From contig CM052816.1 in the NCBI GenBank assembly GCA_028534125.1, forward strand, positions 372,001 to 436,000: a stretch of 64,000 nucleotides of DNA, written 5' to 3'. The notes under the pieces were generated by a model. It searched no databases and was not told where the DNA came from. It saw nothing but the letters and a program-made list of their open reading frames with translations. Source of the stretch: Lama glama. Its lineage: Eukaryota. The first letter of the stretch is position 1. Every line of letters starts with the position of its first letter. The translations under genes were made by a program, and so were the position numbers. Shown piece by piece: positions 25,680-36,790 of this stretch.

Positions 25680-26240
25680 TGTGCGTGTGTGTGTATGGGG
25701 GTGTGTGTGTGTGTACGTGCATATAAACATGCACATGCTTAGACACACACTTGGACACACAATCCACATGTGTAGATACATGTGTGCACTTACCAGTAGT
25801 GCATATGGAAGACACATTCGTGGACACACACTATATGTGCACACACATATGGATGCTCACTCACATGTGCACATGAATGTACCCCCAGGGCCGTGCCTCG
25901 GGGGAGTGGGCAGGAGCTGAGAAGACAGAGAACCTTTGATGACTTGATTCACCCACTGACACACCACACCCCTACCCAAGGACACACATGTCGCCAGGAC
26001 CACAGGCACGTGTACCTGGCTTACCCATGGAATGTGCCTACAGCACATCTACCCACTGCAGCCCAAGTACACAGGCACATGCCAGAAATGTGCAGACACG
26101 TGTACATGTGCATACCTGCACACACACACACCCTTTCATGTGTGGGTGGGCGTGCATGCACATACCACACCCATGAAGGCATGTACATCCATATAGACAT
26201 GCACTCCCAAACACACACACATACACACACAGCACACTTG
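25680..26240. repeat. (TG)/(CA)-rich low-complexity tract
   Basis: TG run followed by CACA/CATG-rich degenerate repeats. Confidence 0.8.
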
Positions 26241-26435
26241 CACGTAAGGGTCTGCCCTCAAACTCCACACGTGCGTGGCCCCCACGGCCCAGAGCACTCA
26301 CTCTCATTCATAGGAACCCGGGCCCGTGCAGGCACAGTTTTTTCCCAAACCTGAGGGCTTGAGGCTGGGTTGTGGCTTGTGGGTAGGGGTCCTGGTGTCA
26401 GCCCTCAACCTGACCGCTGTCCGCCTCCATGGCAG

Positions 26436-26592
26436 CTTCTTGAAGGAGCTGCGTGGCTGCGACACGGATGACGATGTGGCCATGTGCTTCATCAAGAACC
26501 AGGCGGCCTTTGAGAAGTATCTGGAGTTCCTGGTGGGCCGAGTGCAGGCCGAGTCGGTGATGGTCAGCACAGCCGTGCAGGAGTTCTACAAG
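26436..26592 (+). CDS. OBSCN: obscurin DH exon
   Basis: FLKELRGCDTDDDVAMCF...EFYK, 157 nt, phase 2-0. Confidence 0.94.
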
Positions 26593-26956
26593 GTGCCCCC
26601 CTCCCCCGCGCATCAGCCCCGCCTCTGCCCCCCAGCCTCTGTGCTAGCAGCCCACTCTGAGATCACTTTCCCTGACCCTGCCCAGGCACCTCCCCCTCCA
26701 CCAACCTGCCCTGGCCCCCTGGGCCGTGGCTTAGAAAAGCAGCGAGGGTCCCCCCAACCCAAGCTCTGCTTGTCTGTCAGACAGTGACAATGGCCATCAC
26801 TGGGGCGGGAGTGAGGCCCACCTGGGAAGGAGGGTCTGTGTGTGTGCGCATGTGTGCACCTTGGGACTCTGACCCGCTAGCTTTTGGGCTCTGGGGACAC
26901 GGCTCATCTGGAGGCTGCGCCCTCCTGCCTTGAAGCCAGCCCTGTGTCTCCCCCAG

Positions 26957-27073
26957 AAATACACAGAGGAGGTGCTGTCAGCCGCAGACCCCTCGCAGCC
27001 ACCCCCACCGCCGCTGCAGCATTTCCTGGAGCAGCCAGTGGAGAGGGTCCAGCAGTACCAGGCGTTGCTCAAG
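26957..27073 (+). CDS. OBSCN: obscurin DH exon
   Basis: KYTEE...PVERVQQYQALLK, 117 nt, phase 0-0. Confidence 0.94.
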
Positions 27074-27158
27074 GTAGGTGCGGCTGGCCAGGGGGCTGCG
27101 GGGGCTATCCCCTTGCCCAGACACCCCAGGCCTCGCCCTGACGCACGGTCTCCCGCAG

Positions 27159-27323
27159 GAGCTGATCCGCAACAAGGCGCGGAATGGGCAGAACTGTGCG
27201 CTGCTGGAGCAAGCGTACGCCGTGGTGTCGGCCCTGCCGCAGCGCGCCGAGAACCAGCTGCATGTGTCCCTGATGGAGAACTACCCGGGCACTCTGGAGG
27301 CCCTGGGCGAGCCCATCCGCCAG
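27159..27323 (+). CDS. OBSCN: obscurin DH/PH junction exon
   Basis: ELIRNKA...GEPIRQ, 165 nt. Confidence 0.94.
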
Positions 27324-27437
27324 GTCTGGGGCTGGGAGTCCGCTGGCGGGCCTGGGCAGGTGGCCGAGCGGTGGGGGCTTGCGGAGGGCCGGACCCCCGG
27401 CTGGGCCTGGCTGACCACAGGCTGACTGCTCCCCCAG

Positions 27438-27596
27438 GGCCACTTCATTGTGTGGGAGGGGGCGCCAGGCGCTCGAATGCCGTGGAAGGGCCACCACCGG
27501 CACGTCTTCCTGTTCCGCCACCACCTGGTGGTCTGCAAGCCCAAGCGGGACTCGCGCACCGACACCTTCAGCTACGTCTTTCGGAACATGATGAAG
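27438..27596 (+). CDS. OBSCN: obscurin PH exon
   Basis: GHFIVWEG...RHVFLF...NMMK, 159 nt. Confidence 0.94.
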
Positions 27597-27733
27597 GTTG
27601 GCAGGGGGCCGGCAGGGCTGGGGTGGGGGGCAAAGGGAGGCCCTGCAGGACGGGCAGGTGGGTGGAGGCCAGTCCTGGGTGACCGTGGCTCGCCCCGCAT
27701 CTGGGTGATCAGCCTTCGTTCTCCCCCCAACAG

Positions 27734-27911
27734 CTGAGCAACATCGACCTGAATGACCAGGTGGAGGGCGATGACCGTGCCTTCGAGATCTGGCACGAGA
27801 GGGAGGACTCCGTGCGCAAGTACCTGCTACAGGCTCGGACGGTCATCACCAAGAACTCTTGGGTGAAGGAGATTTGTGGCATTCAGCAGCGCCTGGCCCT
27901 GCCCGTCTGGC
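27734..27911 (+). CDS. OBSCN: obscurin PH exon
   Basis: LSNIDLND...SWVKEI...PVW, 178 nt, phase 0-1. Confidence 0.94.
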
Positions 27912-28499
27912 GTGAGTGCCTGAACTCATGCGGCAAGGCCAAATGGGGGTCAGCTGAACCTTTCAGTCTGGCCGTCTGGTTTGGGAGCGTCCAGGTCGGC
28001 AGGTCCTGAGCCCTGGCCCCTTGCCCACACCTAGGCAGGCAGAAGGGAAGGGGCTCGATTCCAGGGCAAGTGGCTCGTTCTGCCCTTGGTCAGCTCAGAC
28101 TCTGAGAAGCTCTGAGCCAGAGTGTAGGAATGGCCCTGACCAGAATTAGAGGGAACCTCGGGGTTCACTTGGGGCTCCCCAGCACAGGACAGGTGTCCAG
28201 ACTGTGTTAGGGATGTGAAGGGCCCAGAAGTCCTGGGTCTGCTTCCTCAGTTGGAATGGGAGGGAGGCTCCATTTCAACATACTGTCCTTTTCCACAGTC
28301 CCCTCCACTCCCCAATACACACCCAGCCTGCGTCCCTTACTCTGATTCCCGCCCAGGCCTGAGTGTGGTGCTACGGACAAAAGCTCACAAGGGGAAGTCT
28401 CTGTTGCAGTCACATTCCTGGTCATGGGGCTTCTGGCCCTGCCAAGGATGCACTCGAGGGCTTGGGTAAGTGCCCAGTGCCCTGTGCGTGTGTCCCCAG

Positions 28500-28613
28500 G
28501 TGCCCCGGATTTCGAAGAGGAGCTCGCTGACTGCACAGCCGAGCTGGGTGAGACAGTCAAGCTGGCCTGCCGTGTGACGGGCACACCCAAACCCATTGTC
28601 AGCTGGTACAAAG
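28500..28613 (+). CDS. OBSCN: obscurin Ig exon, first part (APDFEEEL...WYK)
   Basis: 114 nt, phase 1-1. Confidence 0.93.
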
Positions 28614-28899
28614 GTAGGCCTCCGGGGTCCAGGGGGTACTGATCCTACAGTAAGCAAGAGCTGGCCAGGGGGAATCAGACTAGGCACAGGGCCGGGGGCC
28701 CAGGGCGGGGCCTGGGTGGAGGGCTGGACCCAAGACATAGGTCTCAGGTTCCAGTTGCCTGCTCCTGAATCAAAGACAGCCTGGCCAGTGTGCACAGGTG
28801 GATGAGGAGGGACGGGCAGAGGCTGCTCAGATGTGATGTGTGCAGCCTGTTTCTGACACAGTGACTCTGCCCGATGCTGAATCTTGCTCATTAGCTCTC

Positions 28900-29150
28900 T
28901 TGTTTGCCACTCATTTGTGCTGAGTGCCAGGTACCATTCCAGGTACAGGGGATACAGCAGTGTACAGTCAGGCTCACCCTGTCCAAGGGCGCTGATCCTC
29001 TAGGGGAGGAGATAGATGACAGGCAGATAGGCAAATATGTCTATGGAGTCAGAGTGATGTGGCCAGCCAGAGAAATAAGGCAGAGCAAGGGGCAGAGAGT
29101 AGCCATCAGGCAGACATTTTGGAGGAACTCCAACTGGGCAGCAAGGCTCC
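28900..29150. mobile_element. LINE-2 fragment
   Basis: ATTTGTGCTGAGTGCCAGG..GGGGATACAGCAGTG..TCTAGGGGAGGAGATAGA L2-type pattern. Confidence 0.55.
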
Positions 29151-29299
29151 AGGAGGGCAGGGGAGAGGGGAGGCACTCAGACGGGCGAGGCAGGGACTGA
29201 GACTGGGGAGTGCTGGACCTTGAGGGCCGCTGTGTGGCTCTCAGATCTGACTCTTGTGTATAGTGGGAGCTGCGAAGTTCAGGGGGTCCCCAGGAGCAG

Positions 29300-32200
29300 C
29301 GTTGCTTTTGACACCAAGTTCAGGGTCCCCAGACCATTCTCATTTGACACCAACCACAAGGTTGGTGGTGCAGGGGTGTGTGTCCCACGACCACCTTTGG
29401 GTTCACAGCTCACAGAAGACTCACAGAACCCAGCAGAGCAATTCCACCCAGGGCTCTGATTTACTGCAGTGAAGAGGATGAGGCACATGGGGTGGGGTCC
29501 AGCTGGGGGATCCAGGTGTGGCCCAGGTGCTCCCCCCAGCCATGGAGTTGTGTGGATCGTGTTTCTCTCAGCAGTGATGTGTGCCAGCGCACGGAGCGTG
29601 GCCAACCAGGGACACTCACTTGTCGAGCCTTGTCGTCCAGGATTTCTGTTGGGGTTGCTCACGTGGGCTGACCACCTGCATGGCTGACTTCAGTTTCTGG
29701 CCCCTTGAGGTCAGGCCGATATTGTGTGCCCTAAAGCTCCCACCCTATATCCTAATGTAACGTGGACCATCTGGAGTGGTCCGAGGTCCTGGGTAAACCA
29801 AGATGCTCGTATTAAGGCTCACTGGGCTGACAGGTCCCTCTGAGTCCCTGGTTCAGTACCAACAGCCAAGTCCAGTCCTGGCTTTGGAGGCGCTGTCCCA
29901 GGGAAGTCCTGTTCTACTTGTCCACAGCCAGCATGTGTCCACCCATGAATGGCTAAGAATGGGGCAGGAGAGGGCACACAGAGGGATTTTGTAGGGACAT
30001 GAAAGAGGGGCCATTCCTGTGTCCCGTGGTCAGAGCCTCAGGGCAGAGTTGGTGGATGGGGCAACTGGTTCCCTGCAACATCCTGGGGGTCCTCCTTCTG
30101 GAGGGAGGGTCACTGTCCCCATGTCCTGGGGTCTGTGGAGTTCCCTTCCCAACTGCCTCACAGAACCCACGCAGTGCAGCTCGCCCCACCATCCCTCCTC
30201 ACAGCCAGACCTTCGCCTGTGAGAGCAGGTTTAGGGAGACAAAGCCATTCCATGAAAGTTATTCAGAATTAAGAAGAGCCCCTCAGCCTCCTCCTTTCAG
30301 CCAGGCTGCCCCCAGAAGGGTGTGCTGGCCAGGCTGTGCCATGCCCAGGAACAGTCAGAGGGGATTCCCAGGTTCCCGGCTCTGCTTAGACTGGCCATCA
30401 TCCCCTTCATCCTGACCATTAACCTGCTGTCTGGGGACAGCTGTGTCCAGTGAGTAGAGGAGGCAAGGGGCAGCTCGATGATCAGCTCATGTTGAGCAAC
30501 AACTGTGACAGATGACAGGTTCTCAGACTGCAGGTGGTCCAGACAGCACACACAGCCATGTGGTGTGGCCAGAGCTGGTGGTTTACTGACCCAAAGCAGC
30601 ATCACATTTGGAAACACCACAGATGGCCCCGAGAGGCACCCATCTGCCAGGTGGGGGGTCCACCCCACGTGATGTGCACCCCTCAACTTAGAGCGTCTGT
30701 CTCGGCAGTCCTGTCTGGCCCCGGAGCTCAGCGCCACGTGTGATGCAGTGGCTCCACACAGAGACCCTGGTGGTCTGGGTGTGGCCCCGATCAGTGGCCT
30801 CACTTTGCCTCCACAGTTCATGGCCCCAAGGAGGGGTGTCATCCTGCCCGTCTACAGTCTGTTAAGCATCAAACCAAACAGCCAGGGCATTCACAACATC
30901 TCAGGGTTAGTGAGCACTTAATAACCTTTGCCGGGAAAAGTAGCAGCGGGCAGAAGTCAGACTCACCAGCCAGCAGAATGCCATTCATACAGCGGAAGCC
31001 TGCGTATCGGGGCAGAGGGCCAGGTCGTGACCCACCACCAGGGGCAGCTGGCAGGGAGCGGGGACACTAGCGATGGGTGTTAGAGACTGTGCCACGCGAA
31101 TGCAGAGTGGCCTTGGTCCCTGCGTGCCAGCAGGGCGGAAAAGCAGGTGGCTGCAATGCCCAAGACTCCTGGTGGGGGCTGTTAGCCTGTACAGCAGACC
31201 GCATCTCAGCCACCCTGCGGCCGCAGGAGCAGCGACTGGACTGGGCTGGTGACAGTCAGCCGCCGGCCACCACCCTCTCTGGCTGTACAAGGCTGTTGAT
31301 TTTGGACTCGGCCTCTCTCGTCACTTTGGCTGTGTTCACATCACCCAGGAGGGCTGGGACGTCCTTCTCCTCCTGGGGTTCTGTTGGCCATCTTGGGAAG
31401 GGACGGGGCTCTGGCCAGAGCTCCCACGGAGAGTGTCCCCTCCCCTTGTGTGGGGCAGGGGATTCCAAACACAGCAAACCTCAGGGTCCAGAGGTAGAAG
31501 CCTTAGTCACAGCACCCTAACTTGGCCCCAAGGTGACATGACCTTTCACGTTCTCTGGGAACCCTGCCAGATCCCATCAGTGGATCCCGGTGCCTGTATC
31601 CAGCCAAGCCATCAGAGTCTCAGTTTTCCCCTAGCCTGACGTCCGTGGCGTATCAGACGGGCATGGAGGGCCTCTGGTCCCTCTGGGCACAGGGAGATGA
31701 AGTTCTACTAATTTTTTTTTCTCTTAAAGCAGAGGAGGTTGGAGCGGAGGAGGCAGAAAGGGGACCAGGGATGGGATGAGACACACTTCCATAGCTCAGT
31801 AACATCCAATGTTTTGGGCTCACTCAAAGCCCAAAATGGGGCTGCAAGATTGTCACCTCTGATCCCATCTGTTTTAGCTTCAGGGACTCCTTGACCTAAC
31901 GGCCACATCACACTGTTCTCAGGGCTTCTGTACCCCTTGCCTGGCTGGGGTTTAACTTTCATGGTGACCTTTTGGATAAGGTCCGCTTAGCAGGGGTGTC
32001 CACTGGCCCAGAGCCATAGTGACATTTCCCATCCTCTTTCTGGGTCTTCCCATAAGGACTGAATGAGGTTTCCAAGGAGGCAGAAAGCGCTTACATCCCT
32101 TTGGGTCACTTCTCTGGTGTGCCCACTTCTCTGGAATGCTGCCCATTCTAGACACTAACCAGATGCCTTGAGCCCATGTGCCAGCCACTGATGGTTCCCC

Positions 32201-32790
32201 ATGGAGGTTTATCTGTGTCAGGGACTTGTCCCGAGCCAGGACTCAACAGCAGATGCTGGAATCCTTTACTGTTCCATCTAAAAGAATCTCACGTGTGTTG
32301 GGTGCCTGTGCCTCTCATCCCTCAGTTCGAGCCCTGCTCCTGCCTTCAACCCATCAGAACTGGTGATGCCCCCACCTTTTGCACCCAGCGTTGGTGTCTG
32401 TTTCTGTGACTGGGGTCTGAAGGGCATGGAGCCCTCCTTGTACTCAGCATGGGTTCTCATGTTTGCTGGGAAATGAGACTGACCTGAGGCTGAGCCAGCA
32501 ATGTCCCAGCTCCAAGGAGAGCTGGTCAACCAGGGTACCATCCAGGTGCCTGTCTTTGAACCTACTTCTTGATGCTCAGATTGCAGCCACCTGCCCAGTT
32601 TCTCGCCATTCACAGTCCACAAAGGAGCTATCTGTTTACTGCCCAGCTGACCATGAAGTTTGGTCAGCATGTCCTCCACTGATTTCCATGAACCGCCCTC
32701 AGGCCCTGTTAAGTGGCCCATGAGCCACCTTCTTTCTCTTGGAATGCTATGTCTGACACTGTCCCTTCCTTGTGGCCAAAATTATAAATC
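29300..32790 (-). mobile_element. highly decayed ERVL-class remnant (MER21-like LTR piece plus internal gag/pro/pol traces)
   Basis: 29310-29500 resembles the 18243-19010 LTR; minus-strand peptide EPRPF..DVPALLGDVNTAKVT loosely resembles the retroviral protease LLDTGA motif. Confidence 0.4.
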
Positions 32791-32796
32791 ATAAAC

Positions 32797-33252
32797 CGTG
32801 AAGGGTCTGAGATGGTTCCTGGCTTGCAAACTAACAAGCTAGCCTGCCAGCCAGATACAAACAGAAGACACGAGACCCCACGTCAGAGGCGAAGGCTGTT
32901 TGTCACAGCAAAAGCAACAGCGTGTTGCAGGGTTGCCCACGCCTGCATCTCCACATGCAGGGGCCAGCTGTCAGCTGCACGCCACGGCTTGTACCACAAG
33001 AGAGAAACCCCGAGTGTTAGATGTTGCGCTTGTATGGGGCTGCTGACACATCTGCCCATCCTTCCCTCCAGGGAGAGAAGTGACTTACGGCCCCGGAAGG
33101 CAGGCGAATGCGTCACAGGGAAGGAAGCAGAGGGCTTTGTCTCTGCTGCCCTGGTTGGCCCCTGGGGTGTCGGTGCTCGCTGCAGGTGTCTTTGCCCAGA
33201 GGATCCAACTGTGCAGGACTGCCAGAAGTCCATGGAGAATTGTTTTCTGACA
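32797..33252. mobile_element. ERVL-type solo LTR (family uncertain)
   Basis: GTGAAGGGTCTGAGAT..CTTGCAAACTAACAAG..AGCCTGCCA start, ends GAATTGTTTTCTGACA. Confidence 0.5.
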
Positions 33253-33477
33253 GCACAATGAAGACTGAGAATTGACCACAGATTGGTAGCCTTGCCAAGA
33301 GCTGTTTTGTGGGCGAGGCGGAAGCCAAGAGGGTGTGGGTTCAAGGAAGGGTAGAAAGGGCAGTGTCTGGAGACAGAGAGTGAGGACAGCTCTTCCCTGG
33401 ACTTACAACACAGGGGCACAGAGAAATGGGGCGGCAGCTGGAAGCCTTTTTTTGGAGGGGTATATTTTTAAATTGTT

Positions 33478-34086
33478 TCTTTTTTAAAATTTTATTTTAC
33501 TGAGTTATAGTCAGTTTACAATGTTGTGTCAATTTCCAGCGTAGAGCACATTTTTTCAGTTACACATGAACATACATATATTCATTGTCAAACGTTCTTT
33601 TTCACCGTGAGCTACCACAAGAATCTAGTATATATTTCCCAGTGCTATACAGTATAACCTTGTTTATCTATTCTATATATACCTGTCAGTATCTACAAAT
33701 TTCGAACTCCCAGTTCATCCCTTCCCACCCTCCTTCCCTCTGGCTACCACAAGTTTGACACCTGCACCCCAGTGTTCATAGCAGCACTATTTACAATAGC
33801 CAAGACATGAAAACAGCCTAAATGTCCATTGACAGATGACTGGATAAAGACGATGTGATATATTTATACAACGGGATACTATTAAGCCATAAAAAACGAC
33901 AACGTAATGCCATTTGCAGCAACATGGATGTCCCTGGAGTATGTCATTCTAAGTGAAGTAAGCCAGAAAGAGAAAGAAAAATACCATATGAGATCCCTCA
34001 TATGTGGAATCTAAATTTTAAAAAAAAGAAAAGAAAAACACAAATGAACATAAATACAAAACAGAAACAGACTCATAGACATACAA
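33478..34086. mobile_element. 5'-inverted (twin-primed) L1 3' fragment
   Basis: antisense L1 3' end 33478-33757 joined to sense segment 33758-34086 (CACCCCAGTGTTCATAGCAGCACTATTTACAATAGCCAAG). Confidence 0.85.
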
Positions 34087-34751
34087 TTTAAATTTTCTTA
34101 AGGTTCCCTGTGAATCAAAAGTCACAATGCTTTTTATGAACCGTTATACTTTAAACAACCTTATTCAGAACACACAGAGCTACTGAAAAGTGTTCATCTA
34201 TGAAGTTTTACACATTTCTGGAGGAAAGAATTCTTTGTAATGAAAGATGCACATCTCCCCATCCCTCGCCCAGGAGAGAAATGTGTTACAGCTGAAGATC
34301 TTAGGTCAGGGGGGGCATTTAGACGAGGGTGATTAAAGAGACAGGCGGTGTCCAAGCTTGTCTGCTAGGAGGGGTCAGTACCGTGGAGGCCCCTGAAGAG
34401 TTGCACAATCATTGATGAGGTAATTGAGGGTCTAGTTATCAGAAGGGGAGTCCTCTGTGGGGTTTGGGTCCCCTAGCTGGCCCCTGCCTCCAGCCAAGAG
34501 CCTGCCTTTCAGAGGCCACGCCGTGTGCAATGACGTCTGGGGAAGTGGACAGTGTGGGTCAGCAACACCTCTCCATCCAGGGCTCCAGGTCAGCCTGGCC
34601 AGCCGGCCCCCCCAGCAGGGAGCCCACACTGGCTCTCGTGCTCCAGGGATGGCCCCCCCATCAACCCCCTGTGACTGTGACCCCCAGGCAGGCCCAGCCT
34701 CTTGTGTCCCTGCTGGGGTCACCTCTGTGATGGCCCTCCCCTCCATTCCAG

Positions 34752-34919
34752 ATGGGAAGCCAGTGGAGGTGGACCCTCACCACATCCTCATCGAAGACCC
34801 TGATGGCTCGTGCACCCTCATCCTGGACAACCTGACTGGTGTCGACTCTGGCCAGTACATGTGCTTTGCAGCCAGTGCTGCTGGCAATGCCAGCACTCTG
34901 GGCAAGATCCTGGTGCAAG
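34752..34919 (+). CDS. OBSCN: obscurin Ig exon, second part (DGKPVEVDPHH...LVQ)
   Basis: 168 nt, phase 1-1. Confidence 0.94.
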
Positions 34920-35074
34920 GTGAGCCCTGGGAGGGAGGCCACGCTATGGGTATCACGAAGGTCTCAGCCCTCATGGGAGAGCGTGGGCCTGTGGATGGGG
35001 CTGGCAGGGGTGGGCGTGAACATCTGCCTGGGGTCTGGGGGACTCTGGTGGGGGTGGGGCCCTGCTCCATCATG

Positions 35075-35345
35075 GCGTCTGTCTCTGTCTTGTTCTCTCT
35101 CGGTATCTCTGTGTCTCTATCTTCCTGCCTGTCTCTGTCTCTGCCTCCATCTGTCACTTTCTGTCTCTTTCTCTGTTTCTCTGTCTCTGTCTCTCTCCCT
35201 GTCTCTGTCTCTCCCTCTCACTGTGTCTATTTCTCTCTGTCTCTGTTTCTTTCTCTCTGTCTGTCTATGTCTGTCTCTGCGTCTCCCTCTGTGTCACTTT
35301 CTCCGTCTCTCCATCTCTCTCTCTCTTCCTCTCTCCCCACTTCCC
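35075..35345. repeat. (TCTG/CT)n pyrimidine tract
   Basis: about 270 nt of CT/TG-rich repeat ending near the 3' splice site. Confidence 0.9.
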
Positions 35346-35356
35346 CGACCCCCCAG

Positions 35357-35459
35357 TCCCTCCTCGGTTTGTGAACAAGGTCCGGGCAGTGCCCTTTGCG
35401 GAGGGAGAGGATGCCCAGATCACCTGCACCATTGAAGGTGCCCCGCACCCTCAGATCAG
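35357..35459 (+). CDS. OBSCN: obscurin Ig exon (VPPRFVNKV...QI)
   Basis: 103 nt, phase 1-2. Confidence 0.92.
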
Positions 35460-35812
35460 GTGGGCTGGGCAGCTTGGGGCCGGGGTGGAGGAGAGCAGGT
35501 GGGCCTGCCCCCAGGGTTATCTTGCCTGCCCGAAAAATGAGGGTGGTCAGTCCGTTTACTAGATCAGGGGTGGGCTGGACAGAGAATCTCAGCCTCTCTG
35601 GTGAGACGGGGGCATGTTGGGGCTGCAGCACGTTCCAAACATGACTTCAGCTGCAGTGAGGAGGTTATAGGCCTGGTTGGACATTGGGTGGGTGGCGTCC
35701 AAGGGGGTGGGCTCTGTAAGGGTACCTGGATCTGTGGGGCAGGTGAAGGGAGGGTCCTGAGCACGGGAGACCTGGAAAGGCCCCACCTGACCACCCCTGG
35801 GGTTGGCTTCAG

Positions 35813-35942
35813 GTGGTACAAGGATGGGGCTCTGCTGACCCCTGGAGGCAAGTACCGGGTCCTGAGCGAGCCCCGCAGTGGCCTGCTGGTGCTGGAGGTC
35901 CGGGCAGCCAGCAAGGAGGACCTGGGCTTCTACGAGTGTGAG
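35813..35942 (+). CDS. OBSCN: obscurin Ig exon (WYKDGA...YECE)
   Basis: 130 nt, phase 2-0. Confidence 0.93.
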
Positions 35943-36681
35943 GTGAGGTGGGTGGGCCTTGGGGAGGGGGTTGGGGGTCTTAACCTCGGGGATCTTGCCT
36001 CATCACTGCCATCCATGACCCATGATGGAAGAGGGGACGGCAGGTCCTCTGTCATCACCCCGTATCTGTGTTGAGAGGACAGGGACTCAGGAGGGGAGCC
36101 CTGGGTGGAGTCCCCTCAGTCCTCCATGGCCAGAGGGGCCAGCAGTGGTCGGGGGAAGCTGTGTGCTGGCTCTGGCTCTTCCTGGCTGCCAGCCTGCTCC
36201 ATGCTGCTACTGCTGCCGGCAGCCTGCAGAGGGGCTGCATGGTACCTGCCCTCTATGGCAACTCCCAGGGAAGCAAATGGACCCTGGTCAGCTCTGGACC
36301 TGCGCTCTTCACTTTAGTCATTACTGTCCACACCCGGTGATTTAAATTTAAATCAGTTCAGGTTAACTCTAGGTAAAGATTCACTCCCACTTCGAGTGCT
36401 CAGGGCCCACATGGGCACTGCACTGGGCAGAGCAGATAATGAGTGTTCCCACCATCATAGGAAGCTCTCAGTCGGTGCTGGTGCCCCATGGGGACATGGT
36501 GTCTGGCCTGGGACCCTTCTCCTCTGGTCAGGCTCTGCAGCTCTGGGAATAGCTGGTATTCTCTGGGAATAGCTGTGGTCAGCCCCTCATGCAACAGCTG
36601 GCCTGAACAGCCTCAAAGAGATGGCCCAGGCCCCCTGGGGAGCCACGGGCTCTAAGTGAGCCTCTGCCATCTGTCCCCCAG

Positions 36682-36790
36682 TTGGTGAACCGGCTGGGCT
36701 CCAAGCGGGGCGGTGCAGAGCTGTTCATGCAGAGCCCGGCGCTGCAGGCCCGAGATCAGCACCGCAGGGAGCAGCTTGCTGCCGTGGAAG
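36682..36790 (+). CDS. OBSCN: last exon common to obscurin A and B (LVNRLGS...AAVE)
   Basis: 109 nt, phase 0-1, consensus donor AAG|gtaagt. Confidence 0.93.

Noticed and set aside
34457..35435. 305-aa and 198-aa ORFs with Ser/Leu/Cys-rich tails
   Set aside because: A real 168-nt exon plus read-through into a CT microsatellite
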